A DNA stretch of 63,942 nt, filler included, from a bacterium (GCA_037439705.1; 3 parts of 3 records of this genome joined end to end with filler, not necessarily neighbours in it), one strand, 5' to 3'; shown: positions 47,808 to 57,306, counted from the whole stretch's first letter. Notes: generated by a model not told the origin, from the sequence alone. Made by a program: numbers and translations.

Positions 47808-48765
47808 GATACTTATTATCCCATTTTTAATAATCGGGATAGTGGTTACGCTCCTATTATTTATTAAAAAAAGGCGGAAAAAGAAAGTTTCTCTGATTAT
47901 CTATTCTGGAACAAAGAAGATGATGGATGAGGTTTTGAAAGGGGTAAAAGGTGAGGAGGAAATTCTTGAAAGAATGGAAAGGGCTCTGATTTCAGCGGAT
48001 ACAGGGATTGAAGAAACCAGAAGGATAATTGAAAGAGCATTGAAAATAAAAAAGGAAAAAGCTCTCCCACTTGTTCAGTCAATAAGGGAAAGCATGAGGG
48101 AGGCTCTGAAAATATGTGAGGGTAGCGAAAAATTTTTGAAAAAAGATGGAATAAAATATGTGCTTGTAATAGGGATAAACGGGGTTGGAAAGACTCTTTT
48201 CTGTGTAAAACTTGCAAAATATTCAAAAAATTTTGGTTTCAATCCCTGTCTCGTGGCAGGAGATAGATTCAGGGCAGGGGCTGTTTCTCAATTGAAAATT
48301 CTGGGAGAAAGGTTCAAAGTCCCGGTATTTTCTCCACCTGAAAACATTCCTGCTGATGGCGTTCTATACGACTCCTTTGCCTTTGCGATGAAAAACAGGT
48401 TTGACCTTCTCATTGTTGATACTGCGGGAAGAAACCATGTAAACGAAGCGCTTATAAGGGAATTGAAGAAATTGCACCGTGTGGTTGAAAAGGTGAAGGG
48501 AAGTCCACCCGATGAAGTTCTGGTAGTAATAGATGCAAATACAGGACAGAATGCAGTAAATCAGGTTTCAGCCTTTTCTAATGTAGGCAAAATTACCGGA
48601 GTTGTGCTTTCAAAGGCTGACAGTTCTGCAAAGGGCGGGGTGATATTCCGGATATGTGAAATGGGTTTTACTGTTTTATTTCTTTCAGCAGGAGAAGATA
48701 TAGATTCAATATATCCTTTTAATTCCGAAGATTTTATAAATGAAATAACGGAGGGAATAAAATGA
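47800..48765 (+). CDS. ftsY: SRP receptor FtsY-like GTPase with N-terminal TM anchor, divergent
   Basis: LISADTG, GINGVGKT, DRFRAGAVSQL, DTAGR, DANTGQN, SKADSSAKGG. Start placed at ATG 47800. Confidence 0.78.
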   Translation: MVEILIIPFLIIGIVVTLLLFIKKRRKKKVSLIIYSGTKKMMDEVLKGVKGEEEILERMERALISADTGIEETRRIIERALKIKKEKALPLVQSIRESMREALKICEGSEKFLKKDGIKYVLVIGINGVGKTLFCVKLAKYSKNFGFNPCLVAGDRFRAGAVSQLKILGERFKVPVFSPPENIPADGVLYDSFAFAMKNRFDLLIVDTAGRNHVNEALIRELKKLHRVVEKVKGSPPDEVLVVIDANTGQNAVNQVSAFSNVGKITGVVLSKADSSAKGGVIFRICEMGFTVLFLSAGEDIDSIYPFNSEDFINEITEGIK

Positions 48766-49163
48766 TAAAAGAAATAACTGTTAAAACAAAGCAAAGGGTT
48801 GAGTTTGTTGAGATTACAAAGGAAATAGAAAACATTATGTCAAAAAGCGGAAAGAAGAGCGGAATAGTGTCCGTATATGTCCCGCACACAACTGCCGGTA
48901 TCACAATAAACGAGAATGCTGACCCGGATGTTGTAAGCGATATAATTTCAATCCTTGAAAAACTTGTTCCGAGAAGCGGAAGTTACCGACATACTGAGGG
49001 AAACGCCGACTCACATGTGAAGGCTTCAATTGTTGGCTCATCAGTATCAATTCCATTCCTTGAAAATCGCCTTCTTCTTGGAACCTGGCAGGGAATATTC
49101 TTCTGCGAATTCGACGGACCAAGGACGAGAAGGGTTATAGTGTCAATAGTTGCTAACGATTAA
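48762..49163 (+). CDS. yjbQ: YjbQ/UPF0047 family protein
   Basis: PHTTAGITINENADPDV, HTEGNADSHVK, LGTWQGIFFCEFDGPR. Confidence 0.95.
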   Translation: MIKEITVKTKQRVEFVEITKEIENIMSKSGKKSGIVSVYVPHTTAGITINENADPDVVSDIISILEKLVPRSGSYRHTEGNADSHVKASIVGSSVSIPFLENRLLLGTWQGIFFCEFDGPRTRRVIVSIVAND

Positions 49164-49224
49164 GTGGAACTGAAAAACATATTCCACAAAATTTAAAAAA
49201 TCCTACACTCCCGATCGGGAAAAG
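49164..49224. terminator. Possible hairpins between convergent yjbQ and prs
   Basis: GTGGAA...TTCCAC (49164-49187) and the perfect palindrome TCCCGATCGGGA (49209-49220); no strong U tract. Confidence 0.3.
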
Positions 49225-49238
49225 AATTCTCTGTTTTC

Positions 49239-50165
49239 TTAAACCCCTTTAAAAAGAATGCTTACGGATTTTTCTTCGTGAATTCTCTTGATGGCTTCTG
49301 CAAGAAGTTCAGCAACGCTTATAACTTTTATTTTTTCAGATGTTTTTAAAAGAGGAATTGTATCAGTTACCATAAGATTTTTCAGGTTTGAAGATTCTAT
49401 GTTTTGATAGGCATTTCCTGACAAAACAGGATGAGTACAGAAGGCATAAACCTCCGTCGCTCTGTTTTCAAGAAGGGCTTGAACCGCATGTTTTATCGTC
49501 CCTGCGGTATCAACTATGTCATCAATTATTATTGCTTTTTTACCATTAACATCTCCCACCACATACATCGCTTCAGCCACATTCGGAGCAGGTCTTCTTT
49601 TCACCACAATTGCTATCTGTCTGTTAAGCCTTTCAGCATACTCGTTCACCCTCTTTACACCCCCAACATCTGGTGATACAAGTACTAAATCATCTTTGAT
49701 GTTCTCCCTTATGTATTTCACGAATACAAGAAGAGCAGAAAGATTGTCCACGGGAATGTTGAAAAATCCCTGTATCTGGTCTGAATGAAGGTCAATGGTG
49801 AGAATACGATTCGCTCCCGCAGTGGTCAGAAGGTCAGCAACCAGTTTCGCTGAAATAGGGGTTCTCGGTTTTGACTTCCTGTCCTGTCTTGCATATCCGT
49901 AATAGGGGATTACTGCTGTAATTCTTCTCGGAGATGCCCTTTTTAATGCATCTAACATTATGAGGAGCTCCATGAGATTTTCGTTGGCAGGAAAGCATAT
50001 TGATTGGAGAAGGAAAACATCCTTTCCTCTTACATTATCATTTATTTCAACCCATATCTCTCCGTCACTGAATCTTTTTACCTCCGCGCTTCCGGGCTCA
50101 ATCCCGAGAATCTCACAGATTCTCTTTGCCAGGGCTGGATTAGAATTTCCATAAAATATCTTCAT
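49239..50165 (-). CDS. prs: Ribose-phosphate pyrophosphokinase
   Basis: RFSDGE, PYYGYARQDRK, DLHSDQIQGFF, SPDVGG, DDIVDTAGT. Start at 50165 (MKIFYGNSN) is supported by the upstream promoter. Confidence 0.96.
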   Translation of the reverse strand: MKIFYGNSNPALAKRICEILGIEPGSAEVKRFSDGEIWVEINDNVRGKDVFLLQSICFPANENLMELLIMLDALKRASPRRITAVIPYYGYARQDRKSKPRTPISAKLVADLLTTAGANRILTIDLHSDQIQGFFNIPVDNLSALLVFVKYIRENIKDDLVLVSPDVGGVKRVNEYAERLNRQIAIVVKRRPAPNVAEAMYVVGDVNGKKAIIIDDIVDTAGTIKHAVQALLENRATEVYAFCTHPVLSGNAYQNIESSNLKNLMVTDTIPLLKTSEKIKVISVAELLAEAIKRIHEEKSVSILFKGV

Positions 50166-50174
50166 TTCTACTTT

Positions 50175-50245
50175 TTTATAAACAAAACGCATTTTACTTT
50201 CAAGAAAATCCAAAAATTTTATATGAGAAAAGATTATGATAAAAT
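50175..50245. promoter_or_regulatory. Divergent promoters for prs and the yitJ-like gene
   Basis: Minus: TTGAAA(50203-50198)-N17-TATAAA, 9 nt before ATG 50165. Plus: TGaTAAAAT(50237-50245), 6 nt before ATG 50252. Confidence 0.55.
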
Positions 50246-50251
50246 ATTTTC

Positions 50252-52090
50252 ATGAAAATGGATTTCAGGAAAAGGCTGGAAGGCGAAGTTATTCTTGCAG
50301 ATGGAGCGATGGGAACTGAACTTTACAGGAGGGGAATATTCATAAATCAGTGCTACGACCACCTCAACATCACCAAAAAAGAACTGGTAAAAAAGATTCA
50401 CAGAGAATATGTTGAAGCCGGAGCGGAAATAATAGAAACGAATACCTTTGGAGCAAATCGGATAAAACTTCTTCCATTCGGTCTTGAAGAAGAGGTGAGG
50501 GAAATAAACATTCAGGGTGTTAAAATAGCAAGGGAAGTTGCAGGAGAGCATGTCTATGTTGCAGGAGCAATCGGTCCTCTTGGAAAGGAGATTGAACCTG
50601 TAGGATTGCTTTCAGAAAGTGAGGCATTTCAAGCATTCCTGGAGCAGGCACAGGCACTTGTTGAAGGAGGAGTTGACCTTATAATCCTTGAAACCTTCAC
50701 ATCAATAAAGGAACTTGAAATAGCATATAGGGCGGTAAGAAGTTTTTCTGATATTCCGTTAGTCGTTCAGGTTTCCTTCAGATATTACGGAGAAGGAAAG
50801 TTCTCAGGTATTACTCCGGAAGAATTCGGCGAAATCGCTTCAAAATGGGATGTGGATGTGATTGGAACAAACTGTGGAAATGGACCGAGGGGAGTACTGG
50901 AATGCGTTGAGAGACTTATTCCATCTGTCAAAAATAAACCTGTATCTGCTATGCCGAACGCTGGACTTCCAGAGATAGTTAAAGGAAGGACAATATACCT
51001 CACAACCCCTGAATACTTTGCAGAATATGCAAGGAGAATGGTTCAGAAGGGCGTAAAAATTATAGGAGGATGTTGCGGAACAACCCCTGCCCACATAAAG
51101 GAATTGAAAAAATATATAAGGTCCATTCAGCCAAGAATCTGGAAAATTGAGGTTCAGGAACTTCCAGAAAAAAAGGAAATTCCGGCGAAGCCATTAGAAA
51201 AGAGAAGCTGGTTTGGAGAGCTTCTTAAGAAAAAAGAACATTTTATCATTTCCGTTGAGATAGACCCTCCCTTCGGCATTTCCCATGAAAAAGAGCTAAG
51301 AGCAGTAAAAGAACTTTTCAAGGGAAAAATAGACGCAGTAAATATAGCGGATGGTCCGAGGGCTATGGCAAGAATGAGTCCCATTGCTCTTGGAAAACTC
51401 ATAATGGAAAATTGTGATGTGGAGGTAATAATTCACTATACCTGCAGGGATAGAAATCTTCTCGGAATACAGATGGACCTCATAGGTGCAAATGCTCTTG
51501 GTTTGAGGAATATACTGGCTGTAACAGGAGACCCTCCAAAAATGGGAGATTATCCGGATGCTACAGCAGTTTTTGACATAGATTCTATAGGACTTATACA
51601 TCTAATACAGAACCTCAACAGAGGGCTTGATTTCACGGGAAAGTTCATAGGTGAAGCCACAAGTTTCGTCGTTGGAGCGGGTTGTAATCCTGGAGCGGTA
51701 AATTTTGATTATGAGATTGAACGCTTAAAGAAAAAAATACAGGCTGGAGCTGAATTCATATTCACTCAACCAGTGTATGAACCTTCCCTTCTGGAAAGGT
51801 TTCTTGATGCAACAAAGGAATTTTCGGAGGTTCCTATAATTGTGGGCATCCTTCCACTTGCCAGTTACAGAAATGCTGAATTCCTGCACAACGAAGTTCC
51901 TGGAATGCAGATTCCTCCATCAATAATGGAAAGAATGGCAAAAGCTCCTTCAAAGGAAGCCCAGAGGGAAGAGGGAATAAAGATAGCGCGGGAGATGTTA
52001 GCTTATCTGAGAAAAAATAAGAGAGTTAAAGGGGCTTACATATTTCCTCCATTTGGAAGATATGAGAGCGTTTTGAGGGTTCTTGAATGA
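50252..52090 (+). CDS. yitJ: Bifunctional homocysteine S-methyltransferase / methylenetetrahydrofolate reductase
   Basis: DGAMGT, TNTFGAN, GTNC, GGCCGTTP; MTHFR part VEIDPP, HYTCRDRN, TGDP, FTQPVY. Confidence 0.92.
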   Translation: MKMDFRKRLEGEVILADGAMGTELYRRGIFINQCYDHLNITKKELVKKIHREYVEAGAEIIETNTFGANRIKLLPFGLEEEVREINIQGVKIAREVAGEHVYVAGAIGPLGKEIEPVGLLSESEAFQAFLEQAQALVEGGVDLIILETFTSIKELEIAYRAVRSFSDIPLVVQVSFRYYGEGKFSGITPEEFGEIASKWDVDVIGTNCGNGPRGVLECVERLIPSVKNKPVSAMPNAGLPEIVKGRTIYLTTPEYFAEYARRMVQKGVKIIGGCCGTTPAHIKELKKYIRSIQPRIWKIEVQELPEKKEIPAKPLEKRSWFGELLKKKEHFIISVEIDPPFGISHEKELRAVKELFKGKIDAVNIADGPRAMARMSPIALGKLIMENCDVEVIIHYTCRDRNLLGIQMDLIGANALGLRNILAVTGDPPKMGDYPDATAVFDIDSIGLIHLIQNLNRGLDFTGKFIGEATSFVVGAGCNPGAVNFDYEIERLKKKIQAGAEFIFTQPVYEPSLLERFLDATKEFSEVPIIVGILPLASYRNAEFLHNEVPGMQIPPSIMERMAKAPSKEAQREEGIKIAREMLAYLRKNKRVKGAYIFPPFGRYESVLRVLE

Positions 52091-52704
52091 AAGATTCCTT
52101 CAAACCATGGTTCATTCACTCAAACCTCCTTTTGAAGGAAGTTATGAGTTTCAAAAATTCCCTTGTAAGAATAAAAGTTGAAGCGGGAAGAAATTTATAT
52201 CCTGATATAGAAAAGGAAAAATGCTACATCCTCCTTTCAGGCGAAATTTCTTTTTCCTCTTCCATTTCCTCCGATAATAACTTTCCAATATGCACGCTAA
52301 TCCATCAGGGGCTTTTTGGGTTATCAGATACCATAATGAACAAAACCTATCACATTACTACACTTTATCCCTCATCCATAGGAATATGCGATATTGAAGA
52401 GATAAAATTTCACCTTTCAAAAAATAGACACACAATCCCGTTCAGAAGGGGAATACTGGGAAAGACAATACACATACCTTCTGCTCCACTTATTGGGACT
52501 GACCCTGTTGAATCTGTTTTTTACATAATCTCTTTTATTGCTAATGAAGAATGCAAGGAAAAGATAAAGGCAGTAAGAATTTCTCCGAAGGAAATAGCAA
52601 AAATCCTTGGCATGAAAAGGGAAATAGTAACTCTTGCCATAGCAAAATTAGAAAAGAAAGGATGGATTAACATTATAAGAGGAAATATAATAGTTAAAAG
52701 ATGA
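52087..52704 (+). CDS. Crp/Fnr-like regulator, divergent
   Basis: cNMP-like N-terminal beta region (CYILLSGEI, GLFG) and C-terminal HTH SPKEIAKILGMKREIVTLAIAKLEKKGWI. Confidence 0.65.
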   Translation: MKDSFKPWFIHSNLLLKEVMSFKNSLVRIKVEAGRNLYPDIEKEKCYILLSGEISFSSSISSDNNFPICTLIHQGLFGLSDTIMNKTYHITTLYPSSIGICDIEEIKFHLSKNRHTIPFRRGILGKTIHIPSAPLIGTDPVESVFYIISFIANEECKEKIKAVRISPKEIAKILGMKREIVTLAIAKLEKKGWINIIRGNIIVKR

Positions 52705-54242
52705 AGGCTCTCCTTCTCCTTATTCTGATTCTCGGTGGGAAAAACGATTGCAGGTTTTCTTACGAGGATATAAGACGCACATATTACAGGTGGCTTCACC
52801 TTCTTCCTGAAAAAAGGGCTTTTAAAAAGCTTCTTGAATGTGCGGAGAAATTTGTGAAATTATCAAAAACATTTCCAGATTGTGAATTTTCTGATGAAGC
52901 GCTTTTTAATGCTGGAAAGACATACCTCCAGCTCTATGCTTCTTCATCTGAAAAAAGATATGCAGAAAACGCCCTCATCGCATTTGAGAATTTGAACTCC
53001 CTATACCCTCAAAGTCCTCTTGCTGATGATGCCCTGCTCAAGGCAGGGGATATAACGAGAGTAATATTCATGGAGCCAGAAAAATCCATAAAATTCTACA
53101 GGAAAGCAGTTGAAAAAAATGATGATATGAAGGGTCTCGCCCAAAGAATTCTCTCATCACTTGAAGGGAAAGAAAAGTTTGAAAAAGCAGCTCTTCAGGA
53201 CATTATGTGGTGGATTTCAGAAAAATATGCAAGGATAAACATTCTTTTTTCCGGTAAGGTTTCATACCGCTATGAACTGATAAGGGAAAAAGATGTGATA
53301 AAGGGAATAAAAATTTTTGTCTCCAATTCCTTCTATGAAAACGAACTTCGGAAGGAGTTTACTGTTGGACTTTTAAACTCTATAAAAGTGGGAAGAGATG
53401 AGAACGAATTGTGGATTGAGGTTCTGTTCGGGGAAATAGGAGGTTATCAGATTTTTCATATCCCGTTTCCCTTCACAATTATTATTGACCTATTTGAAAA
53501 GTACTACACCCAGAAGGACATAATAGGGTCGGTTATTGAAAAATATGAAGAAGGAGTAAAAAAGCAAAAAAGGCGTTTCACAGTCCTCATTGACCCCGGA
53601 CATGGCGGTAGAGATGAAGGAGCAAAAGGGAAATTTCTAAAGGAAAAGGAGGTCACCTTAAAAATAGCAAAAAAACTCAAAAAAAGGCTGGAAGAGGAAG
53701 GATACAATGTTCAATTGACAAGAGAAGATGATAGATTCGTTTCTCTTTCCGAGAGGACCGCACTGGCAAATTCAATTTCTGCTGGTTTGTTCATATCCAT
53801 ACACATAAATTCGTCAAGAAACAAAAGGGCAAGGGGGATAGAGGTTTATTATTTTGACAAAACCTTTGACAGGTCAATGGCTGAGGTTCTTTCAAAAGAA
53901 AACGAAATTCCTGAGTTCAAATTTGTTGAATCAGAACTTGAATTTATCCTGCACGACCTGATGCTGAGCTCAAAGACTGCTGAATCTGCCACTATGGCCA
54001 GGGACATAAAAAACGGCATAATTAATGTCCTCAATTATAAAAACTATAGGACGAAGGAAGTAAAGGGAGGACCATTTTATGTCCTGATGAATGCAAAAAT
54101 GCCATCGGTTCTGGTGGAGGCACTTTTCATAAGCAATAGTGAAGATGAAAGACTTTTGATGAAAGATGGAGTTATTGAAAAAATTGCGGAAGGAATATAC
54201 TCGGGAATAAAGACATATATCCTTAGAACAGGAGAAATATAA
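52701..54242 (+). CDS. N-acetylmuramoyl-L-alanine amidase with N-terminal TPR and AMIN-like domains
   Basis: YPQSPLADDAL TPR; IDPGHGGRD, EKEVTL, FISIHIN, FYVL, PSVLVE. Confidence 0.92.
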   Translation: MKALLLLILILGGKNDCRFSYEDIRRTYYRWLHLLPEKRAFKKLLECAEKFVKLSKTFPDCEFSDEALFNAGKTYLQLYASSSEKRYAENALIAFENLNSLYPQSPLADDALLKAGDITRVIFMEPEKSIKFYRKAVEKNDDMKGLAQRILSSLEGKEKFEKAALQDIMWWISEKYARINILFSGKVSYRYELIREKDVIKGIKIFVSNSFYENELRKEFTVGLLNSIKVGRDENELWIEVLFGEIGGYQIFHIPFPFTIIIDLFEKYYTQKDIIGSVIEKYEEGVKKQKRRFTVLIDPGHGGRDEGAKGKFLKEKEVTLKIAKKLKKRLEEEGYNVQLTREDDRFVSLSERTALANSISAGLFISIHINSSRNKRARGIEVYYFDKTFDRSMAEVLSKENEIPEFKFVESELEFILHDLMLSSKTAESATMARDIKNGIINVLNYKNYRTKEVKGGPFYVLMNAKMPSVLVEALFISNSEDERLLMKDGVIEKIAEGIYSGIKTYILRTGEI

Positions 54243-54243
54243 A

Positions 54244-56769
54244 TTGTCCCTTAAGGATGAGATAAAAACTTTTTATAATAGCATCTCATCACCGCTTCTA
54301 CCTCCATCCCTTCTTTCTAAAAAAATAGTTAGGTTTTGGGATAAGCTCCTTAAAAATCTTTTTGAAAAACACCTTTCTCAAAAAGAGATATGCCTTCTCG
54401 CAAATGGCGGTTATGGAAGAAGAGAGATGAACCTCTACTCTGACACGGATATAACATTTTTAATCAAAGATGAAAAGGAAAAAGTTGAAGAATTTCTATA
54501 TTCCCTTTGGGATTCGGGAGTTGAATTGAGTTACAGCGTAAGAACCCCTGAAGAATGTATAGAACTTGCAAGGGTTGATACAAAGGTAAAAATTTCACTT
54601 TTTGACAGCAGGTATCTCTGTGGGTCAAAGCCACTTTATCATCATTTTTTAAGGATGTTTAACGACCAGATATATTCAGGTGTAGAGAAATTTGTGCAGG
54701 AGATTATTGAACTGAAAAATGAAAGGCACAGAAAATCAAGAGAAACTCCTTATCTCATTGAACCAAACATAAGAGATGCTCCTGGGGGATTAAGAGATCT
54801 GCACACAGTTTTTTGGTGCGTTAAAGCCCTTTATAAAGAAGGGGATTTTCATTCTTTGATCAAATACGGGATTCTCTCTAAGGGGGATGTGAAAATTTTA
54901 AAAAATAATGCTGATTTTTTGAAAAAATTGAGAAACCTTCTTCATTTCCTCCATTCAAGGAAGTATGACATTCTTGATTTTGAATCACAGGACAGAATAG
55001 CAGGCTTAATGGGATATAAGGATTCGGCTCGTGAAAGTGCAGCGGAAGGTCTTATGAGAGAATACTTTTTGAGAATAAAGGTTATACACAGTCTTCTTCT
55101 GTTTGTAGAAAGGGAGATACTTCCTGAAACCTTTAAAATGAGCGGATGGCTGGACATCGGACCATTTTACCGAATAGGCGGTGGAAGATTGACCTTAAAA
55201 AATCCTCATATTTTAAAAAGTGAACCCACAAGAATTTTTGAGATGATAAAAATTTCTCAGGAATACGAAACTCCAATAGGTGAGAGGGCAAAAAGGATAA
55301 TGATGGATGTCCTTAAGGAAAATAAAAATTTGTTAAAGAAAGAGGAAGCGAAGAGACTTTTAAAAGAAATCCTAAATTCAAGAAATGTATGGTTTGCAAT
55401 AAATGAAATGAACGAATCCGGGATAATAAGGATTCTCTTCCCACCTTTCAAAAGGATTTACAGGAAGGTTCAGAGGGACCTCCATCACATCTATACAGTT
55501 GACCTTCACACAATTTTTGCAATAAGGGAGTTTGAAATCATCAAAAGCGGAGTTCTTGAAGAGAAGCTTCCAATTGCTACAAAGATAGCCCGCTCAATTG
55601 ATAAACCATACATTGTTGTATTCTCCATTCTGTTTCACGACATAGGGAAGGGGATAGGGTCTCCACACGCTGAAATTAGTGCAAAACTGGCAAAGAAGTT
55701 TGCAAAAATCATAGGGCTTGAAGAGGTAGATGTCATTGAAAAAATAATAGAGAACCACACGATATTTCCGGAGTTTTCTTTTAAAAGAGACATATATGAT
55801 ATGGAGTTCGTAAAGAAAGTTGCCGAAAAAATTTCGTCTCCGTTCATCCTTGACCTCCTTTACATCCATTCAATATGCGACCTTAGAGCTGTCAATCCCG
55901 ATGCATGGACAGAATGGAAACACAGCATTATAAACGAGTTCTATCAGCGGTTAAAAGAAGCCCTGACCATAGGCGACTTTTATCTTCATCTTCAATCTTC
56001 AAAGGTGAAGGAGAAAAAGGAAAAGGTGGTTAAACTTCTCAAAGAAAGAAATGAATTAGAACTTCTGGGATTTATTGAAGGATTTGAAGAGGAATACTTT
56101 TTAACCTTTTCTGAAGAGGAGATAATAAACCATTTGAAAAATCTTCGTTTAGCAGAAAGAAAAAAAATTTTTTATGAAAAAAGGGATGTTCCTGAAAAGG
56201 GATATTCTGAAATAATAATAACAGGACCGGATGAGCACGGGATATTTGCAAAGTTAGCAGGTGCTATATCGGTTTCTGGACTGAACATACTCAATGCCCT
56301 CATATTCTCAAGAAAGGATGGGAGAATTCTTGATGTATTCAGGGTCACCGAAAGGGGGACCTATGAGCTTCCCCGTTTTTTTGAATGGGATAAATTCGGA
56401 AAAATTCTTGAAATGGTAATCAACTCTGAAATTGACATTAAGGAACACATGAAAATCACGGGAAAACTCCCTGCAGGTCTTCATCCTTCTCAAGAAGGAA
56501 TAATAATAAACAACGAACTCTCCAAGAGGTGGACTGTAGTAGAAGTCAATACCCTTGATAGACCTGGGCTCCTTTATACAATCGCTTCCACTATTTCAGA
56601 CCTTGGTTACAACATTCATACAGCGAGGGTATTAACGCTTGGAAATCTGGCATCCGATGTATTCTACATCACAACAAAAAACGGAGAAAAGGTAGAAAAG
56701 GAGGAAGAACTACTCCTTCTCTACGAGAGTTTGAAAAAGGCTGTTCTTTTAAAGCCCAATCTTCTTTGA
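54244..56769 (+). CDS. glnD: [Protein-PII] uridylyltransferase/uridylyl-removing enzyme
   Basis: GGYGRREM...SDTD, EPNIRDAPGGLRD, HIYTVDLH, LFHDIGKG, two ACT domains (DEHGIF, DRPGLL). TTG start. Confidence 0.93.
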   Translation: MSLKDEIKTFYNSISSPLLPPSLLSKKIVRFWDKLLKNLFEKHLSQKEICLLANGGYGRREMNLYSDTDITFLIKDEKEKVEEFLYSLWDSGVELSYSVRTPEECIELARVDTKVKISLFDSRYLCGSKPLYHHFLRMFNDQIYSGVEKFVQEIIELKNERHRKSRETPYLIEPNIRDAPGGLRDLHTVFWCVKALYKEGDFHSLIKYGILSKGDVKILKNNADFLKKLRNLLHFLHSRKYDILDFESQDRIAGLMGYKDSARESAAEGLMREYFLRIKVIHSLLLFVEREILPETFKMSGWLDIGPFYRIGGGRLTLKNPHILKSEPTRIFEMIKISQEYETPIGERAKRIMMDVLKENKNLLKKEEAKRLLKEILNSRNVWFAINEMNESGIIRILFPPFKRIYRKVQRDLHHIYTVDLHTIFAIREFEIIKSGVLEEKLPIATKIARSIDKPYIVVFSILFHDIGKGIGSPHAEISAKLAKKFAKIIGLEEVDVIEKIIENHTIFPEFSFKRDIYDMEFVKKVAEKISSPFILDLLYIHSICDLRAVNPDAWTEWKHSIINEFYQRLKEALTIGDFYLHLQSSKVKEKKEKVVKLLKERNELELLGFIEGFEEEYFLTFSEEEIINHLKNLRLAERKKIFYEKRDVPEKGYSEIIITGPDEHGIFAKLAGAISVSGLNILNALIFSRKDGRILDVFRVTERGTYELPRFFEWDKFGKILEMVINSEIDIKEHMKITGKLPAGLHPSQEGIIINNELSKRWTVVEVNTLDRPGLLYTIASTISDLGYNIHTARVLTLGNLASDVFYITTKNGEKVEKEEELLLLYESLKKAVLLKPNLL

Positions 56770-57306
56770 AAGCCTTGATAACTCTTTTGGATAATTTTCC
56801 TCTATTATCTTTCTCTTTACCTCTTCATCAGAAAGTTTGAAGGTATTTTCAACCCTTTTTCTATATGTTGGACCTCCATTGTAGGCGCAGAATGGATAGA
56901 GCCTTCCTTTCGGGTCAACATAGTGAATCACACACCTCATAACCCTTTCCACGCTGAAGTTATATGCATCCATAAAATGCATCCCTGCTGCAAAGAAATG
57001 TGGATAGCCATGTTCCTTTCCTTTTTCAGTTGTCCTTCTCATCTCGGTATCTTCATATCCGTCAAGTGTTTTCAATAGGTCCAAAAATGTCATATCAGAA
57101 GGGGCGTTCTCCTGTTTGAAACATTCCTGAAGTTCATTCCAGTCATCAATGTGTGAGACTAAATCAAATGTTTTTGGATTTACTCTTTTGTACAGTTCAG
57201 CAACCTTCTTGAGAAATCTATCCATATCAAGAAACTCACCAACTGATTTTACCTCTTTCGTCTTCTTGTCAACAAAAAAGAAAGTCCCCTGCGAACAGTG
57301 AGGATG
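56749..57306 (-). CDS. C-terminal part of a Tes/GDGT-MAS (MJ0619)-family radical SAM protein, 5' truncated at gap
   Basis: Frame is open into the gap: HPHCSQGTFFFVD... then GMHFMDAYNFSVERVMRCVIHY...YPFCAYN, matching the C-terminal domain of this family. Confidence 0.8.
   Translation of the reverse strand, partial: HPHCSQGTFFFVDKKTKEVKSVGEFLDMDRFLKKVAELYKRVNPKTFDLVSHIDDWNELQECFKQENAPSDMTFLDLLKTLDGYEDTEMRRTTEKGKEHGYPHFFAAGMHFMDAYNFSVERVMRCVIHYVDPKGRLYPFCAYNGGPTYRKRVENTFKLSDEEVKRKIIEENYPKELSRLSKKIGL

Noticed and set aside
50166-50251. SAM riboswitch upstream of the yitJ-like methionine gene
   Set aside because: The 86-bp AT-rich region is taken up by divergent promoter motifs and has no S-box consensus.
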